A stretch of 63,836 bases of DNA, counting the filler, from Sphacelaria rigidula (Eukaryota), in NCBI GenBank assembly GCA_964200075.2. It is 5 parts of 5 records of this genome, joined end to end, with 100 filler letters (N's around TTAATTAATTAA, not from the genome) between each part and the next. Parts side by side here need not be neighbours in the genome. Positions count along the whole stretch, not along the records: positions 51,154 to 63,836 come from CAXNAA020003503.1; 4 more parts are not named here. One strand, written 5' to 3'. Below are positions 60,282-63,836 of this stretch, piece after piece. How positions within the stretch are numbered: position 1 is the stretch's first letter; every line of letters starts with the position of its first letter. The position numbers and the translations under genes were made by a program. The notes under the pieces are model-generated. The model made no database searches and was not told the DNA's origin. It saw nothing but the letters and a program-made list of their open reading frames with translations.

Positions 60282-63200
60282 GTTATAGATTCAAGGGCAT
60301 TGCGTTTTACATGACCCGGTGGATAGAGGATGTATACAGCAGCTGCGTAGTCCTCGGAATAGGATAGTGAAACCATGCGCAATTGTAATGCATGTCGACT
60401 GTGAACTTGTTGTTTGTTGAAATGTGGTTTGTTGCTGTGGTGGGTGATACACTGTTGTGGATATATTGGGGGTAGAGGAAGTGTAAGGAAAGCTTTCGCT
60501 GTTGCCACCATATATGTGTAGTAGCTGTAATAGTTGAAACAGTAAAACATGGGAAAGCGTTGGGTTAGCTCAAAGTTAACAGTCGGGGGAGATTTTTCGC
60601 CGTGCCTGCCCAGCAGATGCGGCCGTTGTGATGATCCTACGGCCTGTTGATATAAAGCTCGGTGATCAAAAAATTTGGTTCTACACGCCGAATATTCAGG
60701 GATACTGCACGGCAGGTAGAGCATCCTCTCCTAGGAATCCTTGTGTTATTATTCGCCCTGTTGCTGTACCTTGTACCGCTATAGTGTATCAACAGCAGTC
60801 ATGTTTTGTACAGTGTATTCCCGGCATGTCGGTGATACACGCACGTGCGGGTGCTCGACGGGGTTAGCGGGACGCCGTCATGTTTATGATGTGGGTTTGG
60901 TCTTCGCGTGGGTTCGGCCGCTTGTCTCGTTCTGGGTGGCATGCCTCGTGGGTGAATGTGGTGTGATGTACCGTGGTGTGTTGATGTGTTGGTGTCAATT
61001 GGTGTCTAGAGTTGGGAATAGAGCGGAAAGTGGGCATCAGTGTCTACGTGGTCACGTACATGTAATTAAGCTTCATGGCCGTGTGACCGGCCGCCTTCGT
61101 CGGCTAGAGGCCGCCGTTCAGTGTGAACGTGATGTTGTGTTAGCTGAAGATACTTGAGGTATGACAACGCTATTTCTAGCGGGTTTGTCCTCGTTGTGGA
61201 CGTCTTTTTCGAGATATGTCGTTGAAACGAGAGCAGACAGAAATAGAAAAATCGTGCACGCTAATCTGTTCCGTAACGATGATATTATGATGGTATATTG
61301 GTCTGCGTCTCACCAGAAAGCGGTGCGGAGCGAACCACGTGTCATCATGTGGGGTCTATTGTGAACAACTGTTGCGAAAGTTTTCGTCGACTTGATGTGT
61401 AGTCGGTAAATTGCGCTCATGACGTGCTGTTCGATGTCCAAGGTTGACGTTGTGTTGTCGGGGAATTCGTGGGTCTACTCGGGTTTGGCGAGAGCGGCCC
61501 TCTGCCCCTTCGCTGATGATTGTTGGATTTGTTGTGGGGCGCCGTGTCGCCATGTGTGGTTGTGACTTCTAGGCTTTGTTGGCGCGGTTGTAGATTGGGC
61601 TGGTGCAGTGTGGCATCCATGCAGTGTACTTGATACGTGTACATTAGTCCGTGCTGATGGTTACATCCTGGACCAGTACGAACGTAACTGGGACCTTGCG
61701 TTAAATTTCACGTCTTGAGTGCTGTTCGATAGCTTAGTATTCGTGTTGATCGTGTGAGTGTTTATTGCGGCGTTTTTAGCATGAATTCGCGTGTCTGAAG
61801 TGAGTGTATTACATCGTCACCATTTGGTACGATTTTTTCGTTTTCTTGCAGTAGTGCGTCGACTTGTTTGAGGTTGCCCTGTTGCGATGTTGCCGTCTAT
61901 TTTAGTAAGGAGATATGCCGTAGTGTACAGGTATAGCAAAAGTAACATATGATTTCCGTGGTAGCATTCGTGTCCCGTGGCCATCTCAATCTGTTTTGTC
62001 TGCGTTGTTCCTATAAGGGGGTGGTGGGGGCTGGAGTTTTGCGAAAAACGATTTTGGTGTATAATGTCACAGAACTGCTTGCTAGTTTACGTTCTGGCTA
62101 ACACTGCATCGTGCCATGCGACGGGGAAAAAAGAAGAAAAAAAATACAAAACAATTGTTTCGACCGCGATTATCTGGAAGCGTGCACGCACAGAAATTTG
62201 TGAAGCCATGCTGTTGTACCAGCAGCAAAACACATGTGCTTTGGAATATTGCTTGACCTCGACAGATCGATACGACATACCAAAGCGTAACGGCAGCTGA
62301 ATTCGTGACTAGAAACAACTGGTCAGGGACCGGAAACGTGTGAAGGACTACCACCGCCGCGGGCATTGTCTTGCGGCCAATCATGATAGTGACGGTGGTA
62401 CCAACCGTTTCATTTTTCTCTCGATAACAACGCAACGGAGCTCCGGCGCGCAACTGGCACGGGCGAGATCAGATGAAGATCATACGTGGTCACAAAAATA
62501 CACACCATTTTGTTTCGCAACGAACAGATCACCCCCGTTAGGCTGACCTACAACGCCGAACAACGAAGTGTTGCATGTTGCAAGGCTATCGCAATGCCCG
62601 CAGTTCTCAAAGAAGTAAACACGGCTCGATCCTGAACAGATAACGGTAGCAATGCTCATCTTGGGCAAGGCCCAGCTTCACGACGGGACAGATCGACGGT
62701 ATTACACGCCACCCTCGTGCGCACACGTCGTCTGGGATCACGTGGACCAAGACACCTCTTCATATATTATGATATTTTCGGGAAACGCAATCCATCTTGT
62801 GGGTCGGTAGGGTGGTGATATCGCAGTCAGGCGGGGACTTCGCAAGTCACGTACGTATATGTTTGGTAAGTCTACCTCTCGAATAAACACAGTCTATCCC
62901 GAAGACCAAATTGACGAGACCCGTGCGCAACACGTCATGATTAGTTGTCAACCTTGAGAGAACACTCGAGATGCCTTGAGGAAATGCTCAAGCCCCCCCC
63001 CCTCCCCCCTCTCCACCCCCGACTGAAACGACAGCAGAATTCTGGATTTTACGGTGTAGTGAATATTTGCAAAATAATCAGCCTAGGTTATACTGTATTA
63101 GATGTACGTCCTAGGCCTTCGCTGGGACATTTTCCGGGTTTTAGTCAATGTACCGAACCCGCTGGCAGCCTGGACATGAAGTGCTGAAGATAGTTTTCCT

Positions 63201-63669
63201 CCGTATTGGTGGAAGATTGCTGCTGTGCGTATAGCACAAATATGATTCGAGATACAGGTGATTAATAACACATGTGAAGGTGAGCTTAGAGTGTCTGTAT
63301 AACCGATCAGGCAGAGTCTGCAGACTGCTTGGAAATTCTGCTGCTGGAGGTTTGAACGGTGACAGAATGGGGTCGGTTTGTCTTCATTTAAATATGAACC
63401 TATTAAACATAGACGAGACACACTGTGTGCTGTGCAATCAGATGTTGCCTACATCTCCACGCACTTCTTGTATCAGCTTGATGGAGTGATGGAATGACAA
63501 TAATGTTCTCGTAAACCACAAAGGATCATATCCTGAATAACAGCCTGGATCCGTTGTTGAGGTTCAACATTTGGGTGAGGTTCAACTCGAAAACAGTGCT
63601 TTCCCTGACCTGAAGTCATGATCAATAAATTTCACACGGACTAACTCATGCCCCCCGGCCTCCTTAAAA

Positions 63670-63832
63670 CTATTTTTGGGGGTTGCCCGTCTTCCGTGCC
63701 CCTCAAATCGTATGTGCGAAAGCACCTTTTTGCCTCGATATCGGGGCGAAAAAGGGGACGGTTTTAGCCCGAAATTGTTGCTTTCGCACATACGCTTTGG
63801 GGGCACGGAAGACGGGCAACCCCCAAAAATAG
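63670..63832. repeat. Near-perfect inverted repeat (~55-bp arms) with a nested hairpin
   Basis: 63670-63724 vs 63779-63832 differ by one mismatch and one indel; inner cctttttgcctcgatatcggggcgaaaaagg (63725-63755) is itself a hairpin. Confidence 0.9.
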
Positions 63833-63836
63833 GTTT

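Overview
Eukaryotic, intron-rich, repeat-rich genomic DNA from a draft scaffold with five N-gaps, four of them carrying an artificial TTAATTAATTAA linker. Gene style and the subtilase type suggest a stramenopile, most likely a brown alga; this is inference. Two spliced minus-strand genes can be rebuilt with phase-consistent GT-AG junctions. (1) A chromatin/co-repressor-type protein with ELM2-SANT, a CHD4/AIRE-type PHD finger and two C-terminal Myb/SANT-like repeats (2578-9130, probably extending to about 11349). (2) Five exons of a subtilisin-like S8 peptidase (13305-21100) whose Asp- and Ser-motif exons are not visible. Most of the rest is transposon debris: a degenerate chromodomain-bearing Ty3/gypsy element, a Ty1/copia remnant, a pogo-like transposase remnant, a four-copy ~290-bp MITE family, a 480-bp foldback, a four-copy tRNA-Pro-derived SINE family, a 198-bp tandem array with hairpins, and microsatellite tracts. 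There are also a few weakly supported orphan exons. I found no CRISPR array, no intact tRNA or rRNA gene, and no prokaryote-type system. Most ORFs in the six-frame track are probably spurious.
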